Notes: generated from the sequence alone by a model not told the origin. A stretch of 64,000 bases of DNA from Octopus vulgaris (GCA_951406725.2 OX597814.1:1984001-2048000), one strand, 5' to 3'. Positions 1 through 14,476 are shown, counted from the first letter of the stretch. Translations and numbers: made by a program.

Positions 1-330
1 GTGCTGTTACTGTCCTAAGATCCGAGAAAAAATGTGGGGGAAGGTACAGTTCTTGTACTCCTCTATGTATGTCTGTTCGTCCACTATGTTGGTAGTTGTT
101 GTTGCTAAAGGATAAAATCATTAAAATTAATGAATTTTATCAGAAAGACGCTTTTAGGTAAACTTCATGTATAGTTGTATAGAATATAATTGTAGAGGAT
201 ACAAATATAATTAAGGGCACACCCTGTGTATAGTGTAAAGGGGAGATTTTGAGTTACCAGACGTATTTGCTGTCTATTTTCAGCATATAGGCATGATTGC
301 TTCTGAGCCCTTATAATGGTATTTTATACA

Positions 331-332
<2 letters not shown>

Positions 333-417
<85 letters not shown>

Positions 418-426
418 GTCTGTCTG
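333..426. repeat. (TATC)n microsatellite ending in TCTG units; 5' flank of Tx1-like copy 1
   Basis: Read directly from the sequence. Confidence 0.95.
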
Positions 427-1778
427 CATCCTCTTTCGCTTCTTGTGGAAAGGATGCGTCCCGATGGTCAGGCGATCCATTTGCTGTCAACACCCGTTAA
501 AAGGAGGGCTGGGCATGCCGTGGTTGATGATGCGCAGACACGCGCTGAGACTGCGGCATCTCTGGCTCTATGTAGACGACGGTGAACAGGTGTGGTCGCC
601 GTTTGTGAGGCACGCTTTCCCGCAGCTCGTCTCCATGACCGAACTGCAGTCGTGGATCAAAAAGAGGCCGAGGAAGGGCGAATGGCACCGCGAGTGTCGC
701 GTTGCTCTCAAGCAACTCTGCCGTCCTGGGTCGACCTTAAGTGACTTCAACACAACCAAAGCATTCTATAGGGGTTTAGTGGAGGGGAGGTACGACGACG
801 AGCTCGGGGCGAACCTGGACGTCGACGAGGAGTACCTGACCCGCCTGTTCAGGACGACCTTCGGGCCAGGGCCCATGGACAACTTCCAGAGATCCCTGGC
901 CTGGCAGTGCTACCGAGAAGCGCTACCCGTTCGGGATAAGCTCTACAGACACGGCTCGAGAAACACGGGGCCGACCTGCCCGAGATGCGGTCAGAGCGAC
1001 GAAACCGTTCTGCACGCACTCGTTCAGTGCCCAACAATTTCCGACCTGTGGGCTTATGTCGAACAACTGCTGTCACGTGTGGGACGAGTCGGTTTATCAG
1101 CTGAGTCTATCGTCAATATTGTCACGCCTCCTTCCTTCAAACGGGAAGGAAGAGCTATTTTCATCATCCTTGTGGCTATGGCGAAAGAATGTATCTGGTG
1201 GACGCGTCTGAAAGGATTGGAGACAAACACTTTCCTCTCTGGTCAATCTCTCATCAACTTCTTCAAGTACCACTTGAAAAGGAAAGTGAGAGTAGAGAGG
1301 CAAGTTTTGTCTAGCGAATGTTTTAAAAAAAGATGGGTGAATGTAGCAAGAATGGCACGTATGAATGACGAAGCCACCTTGAGCATAATCCTATGAACCC
1401 AGAAATCGAAAACAGAGAGTTGCTTATTTGCAAAAAAAAAAAAAAAAAAAAGAAATATAAAATGTGACTTCATTGACCGAGGTTACCGTGGTCTTTTCCG
1501 TAGGCTTTTCTTTCCACGGGTAAACCTCACCTGTCCTCCCCTTTACACTTCATATTGACATTTCTGTGATAACGATCCCTATTGATCAATTTTTTTTTTC
1601 CTCTCCCCTTTTTTTTTAACCCCCCTTTTTTTTGTCCTCTTTCTCTCCTTTTACGATCCCCTTTGATCGAAACTCCCCCTTCCTTTTTTTTTTTTTTTTT
1701 TTTAAACCTTCAAAAGAAAAGCTCTACCTTGTAATTTGTTCTATCTGTGTGCAGCCCTGTGTGGCTAATAAAGAAACA
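427..1778 (+). mobile_element. 5'-truncated Tx1-like (L1-group) non-LTR retrotransposon, copy 1
   Basis: Encodes FRFLWKG..V.R..C..P..GGLGMP, a post-RT motif of Tx1/L1 ORF2, and a CCHC knuckle CPRC-GQSDETVLH-ALVQC. The 3' UTR ends AATAAAGAAACA. A 14-bp TSD TATCTGTCTGTCTG lies at 413-426 and 1779-1792. Homologous copies occur at 37639-38225 and 49039-49636. Confidence 0.9.
443..1396 (+). pseudogene. Uninterrupted C-terminal 317 aa of Tx1-like LINE ORF2 (post-RT region plus zf-RVT-like zinc knuckle); endonuclease and RT core absent
   Basis: ORF track; motifs GGLGMP, WQCYREALPVRDKL and CPRC...ETVLHALVQC. No true start codon because the copy is 5'-truncated. Confidence 0.85.
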
Positions 1779-1944
<166 letters not shown>

Positions 1945-1975
1945 ACTATTTATCTCTCCCTCTATCAATCAATCT

Positions 1976-2124
1976 ATATATATATATTTGTGCGACTTTC
2001 TATGAATATTTGTATTCTTACAAATATCACTATTGTACACGTTTATTGGGTCAGCGTTCCGCGTACGTTGAATGAATGGTTTGCATTCGCACCAGCATGC
2101 AATACGTACACCGATGCGTACACA

Positions 2125-2174
<50 letters not shown>

Positions 2175-2415
2175 CACACACAAACAAACAAACAGCAAAC
2201 GCACACGCACGCACATGTGTATAAGTGTGTGTGCGTGTGTATCACGTGATTAATATATCTTTGAATCTACCGACGGTACAAAGTTACACAAGTAAACATC
2301 TTGCTTTTCTCCAACAAATTGATTAACATCAACACATACTACACACACACACATATATATGAATATATACATATACATATACATATATATATATATATAT
2401 ATATGAATATGTTCG

Positions 2416-2455
<40 letters not shown>

Positions 2456-2489
2456 TATATATGTATGAATATATACATATACATATACA

Positions 2490-2526
<37 letters not shown>

Positions 2527-3325
2527 TGACGAACATATAAATATATATTACATGAATGCAAATGTGTGCGTCTATACGTGTATATGTGTGTGTATGCATG
2601 TGTCTGTGCCTCTAAATGTATTCTGTATCTCCAGACATGCATACACACACTCGTATATATTTACATATAAGCATACACACACAAGCATAGCGACATTTAC
2701 ACATGCATGTGCCTACAGTCACACAGAAACACACACGGAGACACAAGCTACCTTAGATACACACACACACACACGCATATTTGCGGTAGGCTTTGTTCAC
2801 AATCGCTATGTATGTATTTATTAATCAATTGAATTTCTATGGGTCCGAACGTGTAACCATTTCTTTGTAGTCCGGTATATAGATACGTAAGTAGAGGTAA
2901 ATGTAAATATATGCATAGATGCATATGTATATGCAAGTATGTGTATCTACAATCAGACAAATCACACACACACACACACACACACACCTAGACATACACA
3001 TATACACCCATACACACACACACACACACATATAAATTTATACGTTCTCGTACGTATATGTGAATATATATTGTTATAGAGTGTGTGTTATAGATACATA
3101 CATACACACACACACACAGATATATTCATAGATACATAAACACACACAGATATTCATAGATACATACCCACACGCACACACACATATATAGTTGAAATTT
3201 ACAGAAAAATAGATGAAGACATATATACACGTATATATATATATTTCTATTTATTTATATATATGTATACATATATCTATATCTATCTATATATTATATA
3301 TATGTATATATTATATATATATATG

Positions 3326-3409
<84 letters not shown>

Positions 3410-3546
3410 CATGTATATGCATGTTCTATTCTATGAATATTTCTGAACGTATATCAGTTTCATGAACTGAATATATATTTAATACTTATATACCTACACA
3501 TATACATAATGCATGTATACACACATACACATAAATGCATGCATAC

Positions 3547-3599
<53 letters not shown>

Positions 3600-4064
3600 C
3601 ATACACATGTAATATACATGATATATACATACATGTATATATACGTACGTGCATGTACACTCTGTACATATATACATACACGTATCTCTGTGTACATGTG
3701 CGATGCTGCGATGCTAGTTGGGAGGGTGTATACTGACAGTTATGCCTCTAATACATCATGTAAATGCATGCACGGTGAAGTTCTCAAACCCTCTTTATAT
3801 TCATCCATATTTTATTAATTTCAATGATTTCCCTCAGAATGCAAATGACCAAATGAGAAATGACCAAACTGCTTCTCTTCCTTTCCTCCCCGACTCTCTC
3901 ATATACACATACAAACACACAAACACACACGCGTGTATATAAAAAAAATGTGTGTGTATAATTATATGTATATATGCATATATATCCATATATATATAGT
4001 TATACATATCCCTATACATGCTTAGATATCTTGTACAAATGCACATTAGTATGTATGTATGTTC

Positions 4065-4131
<67 letters not shown>

Positions 4132-4196
4132 CACACATATATATATATATATTTATATACATACATATATGTGTTTGTGCATATACATAGATCTAC

Positions 4197-4250
<54 letters not shown>

Positions 4251-4362
4251 TTAACTAGACTCATGCACAAATTCGCACACAAATACTTGCATCCATATAT
4301 GCATACATATATATGTACATTTATACATACATATACATATACATATACATGCACACATATAC

Positions 4363-4407
<45 letters not shown>

Positions 4408-4470
4408 TATCTACGCAGACACATGCACAAATACGCATCCAAATATCTACATCCATACATAATCAACATT
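1976..4470. repeat. Compound (CA)n/(TA)n microsatellite field
   Basis: Read directly; explains the YIYI/THTH ORFs. Confidence 0.9.
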
Positions 4471-4759
4471 AAGATGATGTTGACAGCGAAACAAAAAAAA
4501 CAAAAATTGTGTTGTGATTAGTTATTTTTTTCTAAAAATTTTTGCCGACATTTTGGAGACGTATTTCTGTGTCGTCCAAGAGGAATAACTTAACTATGGC
4601 ACCATTCCACAGAGACCATTATCCTTTCTCTCATTTCTCCGTCTCTTCCCCAACCCTATTCTGTCCCTTTATAATATCATCATCTCCTCTCCGACCCCTA
4701 CATTTCATCGGTTGTCCTTCCGACACCATATTTTTTATAATGCTCCTTTTTTTTTTTTC

Positions 4760-4915
4760 AATTGTTATTGTTATTATTATCGGTTCATCATCATCATCAG
4801 CCCCCTCAACATCATTATCATCATCATCATCATCGTAATCATTATCATCATCTCCATCATTATCATCATTATCATCATCACCATCACCATCATCATCAGC
4901 ATCATCATTGTCACG

Positions 4916-4958
<43 letters not shown>

Positions 4959-6200
4959 CCACCACCACCACCACCACCACCACCACCACCACCATCGTCA
5001 TCACCATCCTCATCAACGCCATCGTCCTTTACTCATCGTTGTCTATCATCATTATAATCATCATCATCGTCATTGTTGTCACCATCGTCACCTTCATTAT
5101 GGTCGTCGTCATCCTCATTACTAGAATTATTATTATTATCATTATTTTTATTATTATTATTATCATTATTATTATTGTTATTATTATTATTATTGTTATT
5201 GTTATTATTATTATTATCAATATTGTTTGTATTATATTAACCCTTTTGGTGCTCTCCTCCGTACACTTTGCTCCGAACATTTCATCTGCATCACACCCCC
5301 ACCCCTCACCCCTCCAACACTTCCAGCCACTCCCCCCCACCACCACCACCAATCATCAACTCTGATATTAAGCATTTTATTCCCCAGACCAGACCACTTC
5401 CGACTGAAGCAATACTTTCGAACGCTCCATCAAATTATAGCATTCTAATGAAAATATAGAAAACATCTTCATCACACCACCACCACCACCACCACACGAC
5501 ACACCACCACCACCACCACCACCACCACCACCACCACACCACAACCACAAACAATGTCATCACTATCAGCACATCCACCGCTACCGTAATCAACACCATC
5601 GCCTCCACATCAACCACTACTTCTACCATCATCACCATCACTACCGACTACACTGCCCTTGCACACAATGGTACCATCAGCTTTACCACCACCACCACCA
5701 CCACCACCACCACCACAACCACCATCATCATCATCATCACCACCACCACCAACAACAACAACAACACCACCATAGCCACTTACATCACAGCCACCACTAC
5801 CGACACCACCACCATCACCACCAACACCACCAACACCAACACTACCTCCACCACCATCATCACTACCACAACCACAATCACCACCATCACCACCACAATC
5901 ACCACCACCACCAACAACAACACCAGCATAGCCAACACCACCACCACCACCACCACCACCACCACCACCACCACACCACCACCACCACCACCACAACAAC
6001 AACAACAAACCATCACCACCCCCACAATCACCACCGCCATGACCATCATCACCACTACTACAAACACATCCACCGCAACGAGTACCACCACATACGCCAC
6101 CACCAACACAACATATGCCTCTCACCACATCACCACCACCATTATCATCACCATCACTACCACCGCTGTCAACAATAAGAACAACAACCACAGCAACAAT
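4760..6200. repeat. Compound trinucleotide field (CAT, CAC, ATT, CAA)
   Basis: Read directly; explains the poly-H/I/T/V ORFs. Confidence 0.9.
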
Positions 6201-7099
6201 AAAACGTCTAAAAAACCATTCAAATTTCTCTCTACAGCCAAAAAGAAGGAAAGGAATTTTTACCCGGTTGTTAGATTTGTTAGAATAGTCCCAAAATGTC
6301 CCTCAAATCCTATCCTACTTTTTGCAGAGTGGAATACGTTTCAAATAAATATTGTAATACTGACAACAAACAGTATGTGTGAACGGAAGACAATGACCGA
6401 CATAGCTAGATTACAGTTGACCATTGCTGTAGAATGACAATAGACCAGGGGCCAAACAACGACACACATTTATGTAGTTACACTAGTAGGACAGTGGCTA
6501 TAAGCTTCGGAAGCCGGTCAAAAACTGATTAGATTAATGCTATCAAGGCCTCATGTGGCTCTCAAACATCCTTGCGACGGTCCTCGACGGTCGTCCCACT
6601 ATAAACAATAATAATTTTTTCTCTTTAATCGACTTGTGTTTTTTCTTTTTTTGGTGCGGTCCCTAACAAATCCAGGCTTAGGATTTAGCCCGGAGGTTGA
6701 GCTGGTGTGCCATTATATTGTGGGTACATTGTTCTACTGAAGTTTGAATAACGTCTGTAGTTTTGGTGGATGAAGTATTTTCTGTCCTGAAGTGAAGACA
6801 ATCTTTGCATTTATTCCTAACTATATTTTGAATATGAGATCACGCAGCGACGTCCTCACTGAGTGTTCTACCCAAGCATTTGTAATACCACTGAGGTTTC
6901 TAATCGCATTCTGTCCATATTTAGAAAGAATGGAATAAAGATCGTCACCATGATATATTCAGCGTTTGAAATGTTATATTGTTGAAGGCGACCAGCGTGT
7001 GATGTCCAGGGATATTGAAATTGAAACCGACATCTTCAAACCAATGGACCCAAAACAATATCTTCTATACTCTCCTACCACCCAAAACATACTAAAATA

Positions 7100-7677
7100 A
7101 ATACGATGAAGGAAATCTTGTGTGTCTGAAATCCGAGTGAGGTTTTGGTCAGCTGAATGCAGTTTTGGTATCACGCGTCTCATACCCAAATCTTCGGTGA
7201 TAATGGAGTGAACTGAACCGTAACTATTCTGCACATCCTCTGATAACTCACGGATGGTGATTCGACGATTTCCCTTCACAGCTGCAGGCATATCTGCAAT
7301 GTTTTTCGCTGTTCTGCTGGCTGCGGGTCTCCCAGAACGTTCGTCAACATATACATTTTTAGGTCTTCTTGGAAACGTCTAAAACACTCGTGCAATTGTG
7401 TGCGACTCATACACTCCTCTCCATACACTTTCTGCAAGGTTGCGTAGACCTCTGAGCAGGTATTGCCATGACAACTTTCCCTGTCATGGTCAACGCGACG
7501 ATCACACGCTACACACCTTCCTTCCCAGCACTGTTGTAAACAAGGAAAGTGAGCTAGAATATGAAAACTGTGCATGCACAGAAGAGTTCTAGGTCAATCT
7601 TTGCCAAGCGGTTTTACTTCGCGTGCTTTAGTTTTGTTACTATGGCAACAGTCTGGATACTTATTGATCAGACCTCG
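7100..7677 (-). mobile_element. Degenerate mariner (Tc1/mariner) element: 5' end and N-terminal transposase
   Basis: Minus strand reads SEVYATLQKVYGEECMSRTQLHECFRRF, then after a frameshift ERSGRP...NRRITIRELSEDVQNSYGSVHSIITEDLGMRRV.PKL. The mariner-like terminus CGAGGTCTGATCAATAAGT begins at 7677. Confidence 0.85.
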
Positions 7678-8044
7678 CTTAAACCTGCGCAATTAAGTTT
7701 CGATATCCATTTAGGTATTTTTCTTTAGCATTTACTGCTCATTAAGGAAAAAAAAAACCCTCCATCAACACTTGCTTCTTACCGTTTCCTTTCTCTTGCT
7801 TTCTTCCTCTCCCTTTCACTCATTCTCTGTAAACATATGTCATAAATATTTCCTTCCTTTAAGACATATCTTTACGCATATCATATCTATGAAATATCAT
7901 AGTTTATTTGTGATGTGAGTCTGGCCAATGTCTGACATATTTTTCCCTTTGTTCTTCTAAGCAGCATCAGTTTCGGCTGCTGATAAGCGGCGTGAGAGAC
8001 AACAGCTTTATTTCATCTCATTTTTATGCAATTAATGGTTATGC

Positions 8045-8379
8045 GCATGGCTCAGTGGTTAGAGCGTCGAGCTTACGATCGTGAGGTTGTGAGCTCGAAT
8101 CCCGGACCGGGCTGCGTGTTGTGTTCTTGAGCAAGGCACTTTATTTCACGTTGCTCCAGTTCACTCAGCTGTAGAAATGAGTTGCGACGTCACTGGTGCC
8201 AAGCTGTATCGGCCCCTTTGCCTTTCCCTTGGATAACACTGGTAGTGTGGAGAGGGGAGGCTGGTATGCATGGGCGACTGCTTGTCTTCCATAAACAACC
8301 TTGCCCGGACTTGTGTCTAGGAGGGTAACTTTCTAGGTGCAATCCCATGGTCAGTCATGACCGAAGGGGGTCTTTACCC
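8045..8379 (+). mobile_element. tRNA-derived SINE (family D, CORE-like body) with 11-bp TSD
   Basis: A box TGGCTCAGTGG; B box GCTCGAATCC; CORE-like TTGTGTTCTTGAGCAAGGCACTT. TSD AATGGTTATGC at 8034-8044 and 8380-8390. Confidence 0.85.
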
Positions 8380-8669
8380 AATGGTTATGCCGATGTTGAT
8401 GATGACGATGATGATGAAGACAATGATGAGGTTAAAGATGACTATGAGGGTGATGATGATGATGATGATAATCATCATTCCTCTTATACGTGCAAGGCCT
8501 GAATTTTGAGAGAGGGAGCAAATCCATTACATCGACCTCACAGCTCACAGCTCAACTGGTACTTATTTTATCGACCCCCGAAGGGGTGCCGCTACGGCTT
8601 CTTTGTCAGGCGTACTAACAATTGTGCTAACACAATGCCATCTCCTCCTCCCCCTTCTCCTTCATCTTC

Positions 8670-8670
8670 T

Positions 8671-8727
<57 letters not shown>

Positions 8728-8748
8728 TACTACCACCACGACCACCAC

Positions 8749-8780
<32 letters not shown>

Positions 8781-8910
8781 TGATGATGATGATGATGATG
8801 ATGGCGATGACGACGACGACGACGACGACGACGACAATAACAACAACAACAACAGCAACAACAAAAACAACAACAGCAACAACAACAACAACAACAACAA
8901 GAACAACAAC

Positions 8911-8957
<47 letters not shown>

Positions 8958-8962
8958 TAATA
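8670..8962. repeat. Compound trinucleotide repeat (TAC, AAT, GAT, GAC, AAC, AAT)
   Basis: Read directly from the sequence. Confidence 0.9.
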
Positions 8963-9288
8963 ATGAATGTTGTGAGTAAAGAGGTTGAGAAACTCACCGA
9001 ATACTCCGAATTGGAAGTGGAAATGGCAAGACTGTGTGGAATGCGAGAGGGTAATGTAAAAGTGATACCAGTGGTGATCGGAGCGTTTGGGCTCAAATCC
9101 CATTGAAACTTCAAGGTTTCTTAAGGCAACTGGAAACTCCATGCAAGATTGATGTCTTGCGAAAAGCAGCCTTATTGGGTACAGCGCACATCTTAAGGAA
9201 AGTATTATCTGTCTGAGGACGTTGTTGTGACTTGACAGATGACTAAAGACTCCGGTGCATTTTTACCTACACTGTGTAACGAAGGAAC
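8963..9288 (+). mobile_element. 3' end of an R4/Dong-like (RLE-endonuclease) non-LTR retrotransposon, family 1
   Basis: KEVEKLTEYSELEVEMARL..KVIPVVIGAFG...RKAALLGTAHILRKVL matches the R4/Dong C-terminus. Flanked by (AAT)n upstream and AAT/AAC repeats downstream. Confidence 0.8.
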
Positions 9289-9374
9289 AATAATAAAAAC
9301 AACAACAATAACAACAACAACAATAATAGTAATACACTACGTGACGAAGAAACAATAATAATATTAAAAAAATA

Positions 9375-10032
9375 AGTGTCTCCGTTGTGCCGCAGCTGTA
9401 ATAGAGTGGATGAAACCATTGTCCATATCAGGAACGAATGCCCTAGACTTGCTCCAACCCACCATAATTCGTTGCGACGCAATCAAGTAGCGAAAGTGCT
9501 ACATTTGAAACTGCGCGAAAAGTGGGGGAATAGGGAGAGGCAAGACGTGGTATGAGCACAAACCGCAGAGAGTGGTGGAGTTGGAGACTTGCAAAATCCT
9601 CTGGGATTTCCCAATCAAAACAGATCAGGTGCTAGAGCATAACAGACCGGACCTAGTGGTGGTGGACAAGGTGCACCACATATGCTATATTGTTGATGTT
9701 GCATGACCCTTTGATCCACGAATAGTCAAAAAGGAAGATGGAAAGATAGACAGATACAACCCGCTTAAGTACGAAATAGCCCGGCTATGGAAAATGAAGA
9801 AGGTGCCAGTTATTATTGGGTCCTTGGAAACAGTATCAGAAAGCATTAAGGGGAATATAAAAGAAATTGGAATAGAGTGTCCAGTAGAACTGCTTCCTAG
9901 GTACAACCAGAATAATCAAGAAAGTATTAGATATCTGGAAAGAACGGATAGCAAGGTACCGTAGGCTTCGGGTAGCAAGGCCACTTCGCATGTAAAACTC
10001 CAGGAGTTCCAACAAAACCTGTGATAAAGAGA
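9375..10032 (+). mobile_element. 5'-truncated degenerate R4/Dong-like retrotransposon, family 2 (CCHC plus PD-(D/E) RLE domain)
   Basis: Manual translation gives SPLCRSCNRVDETIVHIRNEC, then after a frameshift WYEHKPQRVVE..KILWDFPIKTDQVLEHNRPDLVVVDK..CYIVDVA*PFD..KIDRYNPLKYEIARLW..VPVIIGSL..LGTTRIIKKVL. Ends in (AAT)n. Confidence 0.88.
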
Positions 10033-10113
10033 AATAATAATACTGATAATAATAATAATAATAATAACGACAGTAACAACAACAATAACCTCACAATATT
10101 ACAGACAAAATTA

Positions 10114-10323
10114 AGACGGTGAGCTGGCAGAATCGTTAGCACACCGGGCAAAATGCATAGTATTTCACCTGCTGCTATGTTCAAATTCCGCCGAGGTCGA
10201 CTTAGCCTTTCATCCTTTCGGGGTCGATTAAATAAGTACCAGTTACTCACTGGAGTTGATGTACTCTACTTAATTCCTTTGTCTGTCCTTGTTTGTCCCC
10301 TCTATGTTTAGCCTCCTGTGGGC
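10114..10323 (+). mobile_element. SINE family B
   Basis: GGTGAGCTGGCAGAATCGTTAGC head; GTTCAAATTCC B box; CCTTTCATCCTTTCGGGGTCGAT body. At least 9 copies in the window. Confidence 0.85.
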
Positions 10324-11514
10324 AGCCACAGCAATCTCAAAATCGCACAACCATTCTAAATAGCTTTAAAAAAATTGCTAAAATTATGTCTTAACGAAGT
10401 CAAGATAATTACTGTATCTGTAGTAAATATAAACATAAAGATACATATTTCTGATGTATTAGTGAAGTGGGGGAAGAAGTGCATGATTCGGAGTGTGTGT
10501 GTGAGGACGGGGTTTGATACGTATATCCTCTCAGCTTGCCACCAATCCATCATAATGATAGAATCAATTACCTACACATCGTTAGCTTCTCTTTCTTGCT
10601 TTCTTTATCAATGTTTCGTCTTTGAAACCCACCCCACCTCTTCCACTAACAACAATAAGGGAATCAAGAAAAAGAACAACTTTAACAATTCCAGGAAACA
10701 GAAATAAAACACATTGACAGGTGATGAAAGAACACTTCAGAAACACCCGCCACCCGGCTCAACACTGCTACCTGCTCCTAGGATACCTCTATCAGAGGTC
10801 TCGCTATAGGAAGCATTCAGACTCACTCCTTCCATATTGTTCACACAGACTATACATAAACCGCATCATTAATCATCACTCTGTAAGAGATGATAAGCTA
10901 TAAGTGCTGTCCTTCCATCTCTAAATAAAGAATTAAAAAAAAACCCAGATGCATAGCATGTCTGGCTTTGTATGTTACCGATGTGTATCAAACACTCGAT
11001 GATTGTACAATCGGAGTTTAAATTCAGCCTTGATCACTTATTTCTTTTACTTGGTTACGATGGGTCAAGTATTAGAATCGGTGGAGCCGATCTTAACTCT
11101 TGTCTCCGTAAATTGGTCCCCTTGAACCTGAAACAGAAACCAACTAAATAAAAAATCGGTGGAAGGACATGTTACATATGATGTGTTACCGGTTAAAGAT
11201 GGCGGTCAATGTTGTCCCCGCCGGTGTAGGATTAGGGAGCAGGTAACTCTTTCCGTTCTGTTAAGAGCTCTTCACGTTATTGCTGTTGTTGTTTTGGTTG
11301 ATCACGATGATAACGACGATGAGGATGATGATAATGATTTTGATGATGAGATCAATGGTGGTGGAGGTGGTGGTGCTAAGGGTGGTGTTCGCATTGGGGA
11401 TGATGATAAAGATGATGAAGATGATGAAGATGATGAAGATGATGATGGTGGTTGTCGTGGTAGTGAGAATAATAATACAGATAAAATGAGTGAAGCAAAT
11501 TCCGAAAATAAATG

Positions 11515-11545
<31 letters not shown>

Positions 11546-12110
11546 AACAACAACAAAAAGAAGAAGGGGGAGGGGTAGGTGGAGAAGCAGAGGGGAGGAG
11601 CAGAAGGAAGAAGAAGAAAAAGTGGAGGAGAGGAGAAGGAGAAGAAAGCTAGGGAGAAGAAGTAAGAGAAGAAGAGGCATTAATGGAAGAAAAGCAGGGG
11701 ACAGAAGAATGAACGGATGTGGATAGGATTTCTGTGGCAGCAAACATTAATGGTGGGTAGTATCGGTAGAAACAAAAAGCTAGAATACCAATATTGATAA
11801 CTTGGCCAGACTATGGTTTCTTATCGATAGAAACCCCGACCGCCCTGCTTTTCAAAGATCTCATAACAATAAATACCACGCCCTAAAATCTCACCGTTTG
11901 AAAGATGTGTAAACATAGATCTGAGTGATCGGCGACGGGTTGAGGTAAGTTTCATTTCAAAATGGACGACATAATGATGTTTTAAACGTTAACACATGGC
12001 GCCAAGCGTCAGCATGTGTAAATTTGTAGCATGATGAACATATGTGTATATATATATATATATGTATGTGTATATATATATATATATATATGTGTATATA
12101 TATAGATATA

Positions 12111-12186
<76 letters not shown>

Positions 12187-12349
12187 GTATATATATATAT
12201 ATACATACATATATATATTTATATATATACATACATATATATATTTATATATATACACATACATACATATATATATATATACATCTATATATACATGTGT
12301 GTTTGTATGCGATGATTTAAACGAGGGGTGTGTGTGTGTATATGTTTGA

Positions 12350-12525
12350 AGTGGAGGTATGTGACTTCGTTGTTAGGTTGTGATACTCATGCCCGTAGGT
12401 TCAATTCATGGACGAGGCGATGCGTTGTTTTTGAAGAAAGCAATTTATTTCACGTTGTTCCACACCACACAGCTACCAAAAGCGACCACGTCTGCGACAG
12501 GCCGGCGCCCCATTCCGTGAGAGTG

Positions 12526-12565
<40 letters not shown>

Positions 12566-12620
12566 CAGAATCCAGGAAACCGCTCTTATGAGCCTGGGGC
12601 TCAGGGAGGACCTTTCATCC
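12350..12620 (+). mobile_element. Degenerate SINE: D-like core joined to a C2-like tail, interrupted by (TA)n
   Basis: TTTATTTCACGTTGTTCCA matches the family D body; GGAAACCGCTCTTATGAGCC matches the tail of the copies at 44041 and 50713. Confidence 0.5.
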
Positions 12621-12951
12621 TTTAGATATCTAAATCCCGACTATGAGTGCTCAGTTGTTTCTTCAACTGAACTGACAGGATTATTAAGTTATGGGTGGGT
12701 AACTAGCTGAGTATTCCAGACACGTGCACCTTTAATGTGATTTTTTGGTGGAATCCATCCAACTGGCTTTCAACCAGATTCCATCTACACAGTTTCCTTC
12801 ACAGGGTAGGAGGCCATCCGAAGCAATAGAAAAATGATACTTGTCTAAGAGACTTGTGTAAGACGCGGTGGAATCGAAACAGGGACCTCATGATTGCGAA
12901 GTCAATTCTCTAACCATTTGACAATACTGCGTGCACGTGTAAGCACGTGTG

Positions 12952-12986
<35 letters not shown>

Positions 12987-13037
12987 TGTTTATGTTTGTG
13001 CGTGCGTGTGTATGCGATGACTTAAGCGAGGAGTATA

Positions 13038-13186
13038 TGTTTCTTTATTACCCACAAGGGGCTAAACATAGAGGGGAAAAACAAGGACAGACAAACGGAT
13101 TAAGTCGTAATTGGTACTTAATTTATCGACCCCGAAAGGATGAAAGGTAAAGTCGACCTCGGCGGAATTTGAACTCAGACCGCCTT
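13038..13186 (-). mobile_element. Internally deleted SINE family B with 16-bp TSD
   Basis: TSD TTAAGCGA(G/A)GAGTATA at 13022-13037 and 13187-13202. The 3' end reads AATAAAGAAACA. Confidence 0.85.
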
Positions 13187-14182
13187 TTAAGCGAAGAGTA
13201 TAGGCGATTAGTGGAAATCAGCAAACATTCGAATCTGGCGGAAAGTATTAAGAATGAATTTATAAATTTACTTTTACAGATTTTCTATAAAATTTAGCGC
13301 CAGCACTGGAAGTTATAACGACCGAAGATAAAAAATAGTTAATGGGTGTATATGCATATTTCAAGAATCATTGCCTTTTCATCAGCACCGCATTAATCCT
13401 ATCAACTATCCACAAACGCATTGATTCAATGCACATTAAGTTTAGCGGTATAAGTCTATTGGATAGATCAATTTACCCATTAAACACATTCCTGGTGACA
13501 GGTATGTCAATAGCAATAATTAGCAAGTATATTAAAAGTTTACAAGTCAACATTGTGTCTTATCTTTGTGTTAGCATTGAGATATCATTTTGGAATGAAT
13601 TTGAATGGATTTAAGAATGAATTTGTACGCCAGAGTTTGGATTTTTGCTGTTCCCCGTGCACACATTAGCAAATGATTTATTTGCTTATTTTTGTAAAGG
13701 AGACCCACTGCACTTCATTTAAGTTTTATTGATCCGTGGGTAGCTTTCACTGAAGAGGTCGAAACATCGCAGTGTCTCAAAGTCGTCTTACTTCAATGAA
13801 CCGAGCGTGATGTGAAACATATTTTGTCTAAGAGGAGATTTTCTCTGAAGGCAAAATACATGACCGAATCTGCCGGAAGGTATTAAGAACTGCCACGCCA
13901 TTGCTTTAATTCTCAATGTTCTGCGTGAAATACTGAAATGTTAAATAAACACACAAATTTAGTATTGCGCTGAAAAACATGTAACATCTCTGAGCGAGAG
14001 ATAAACAGTAAAAGTACGGAATCGTAAAATTCATTTGCCAACTAAATGTGACGATTCTATAGAGAACGATGTTAATATTTTTAACGCCAGGAAAACATCT
14101 CCTATGTGTCGTTGGTCAGTTGGAGGAGATCTCTTCCTGGGGCTAAAAACAACAGTAACATCGTCCTCTATAGGACCGTCAC

Positions 14183-14186
<4 letters not shown>

Positions 14187-14238
<52 letters not shown>

Positions 14239-14410
14239 CTGTATTTGTCCCTCCACCATCGCTTGACATCCGATGCTGGTGTGTTTACATCCCTGTAAAT
14301 TAGCGGTTCGGCCAAAGAGACATCAAGAATAAGTGCTAAGCTTATAAAGAATGAGTTCTGGGTTCCATGTGTTCGACTAAAGGCGGTGATCCAGCATGGC
14401 CGCAGTCAAT
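14187..14410 (+). mobile_element. SINE family A, 3' half
   Basis: Matches the copy at 20994-21438 from the internal TA/TG microsatellite to GGCGGTGATCCAGCATGGCCGCAGTC. Confidence 0.8.
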
Positions 14411-14476
14411 ATAATATATATATATATATATGTATGTATATATATATAAACACACACATACACACATGTATATATA

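Noticed and set aside
8045-8115. tRNA genes at SINE heads (also 50713, 53886 and others)
   Set aside because: A/B boxes are present, but I found no proper cloverleaf; they continue into multi-copy SINE bodies with TSDs.
11051-11143. Minus-strand exon (acceptor TTGGTTTCTGTTTCAG at 11128)
   Set aside because: The donor is weak, all three frames contain stops and I identified no partner exons; at most a UTR exon.
11159-11726. Acidic/Gly-rich and Arg/Glu-rich ORFs
   Set aside because: Derived from GAT/GGT/AGT/GAA trinucleotide tracts; no coding evidence.
13745-13775. Hammerhead-like CTGAAGA-GGTC-GAAAC
   Set aside because: No NUH triplet in position and no convincing stem I.
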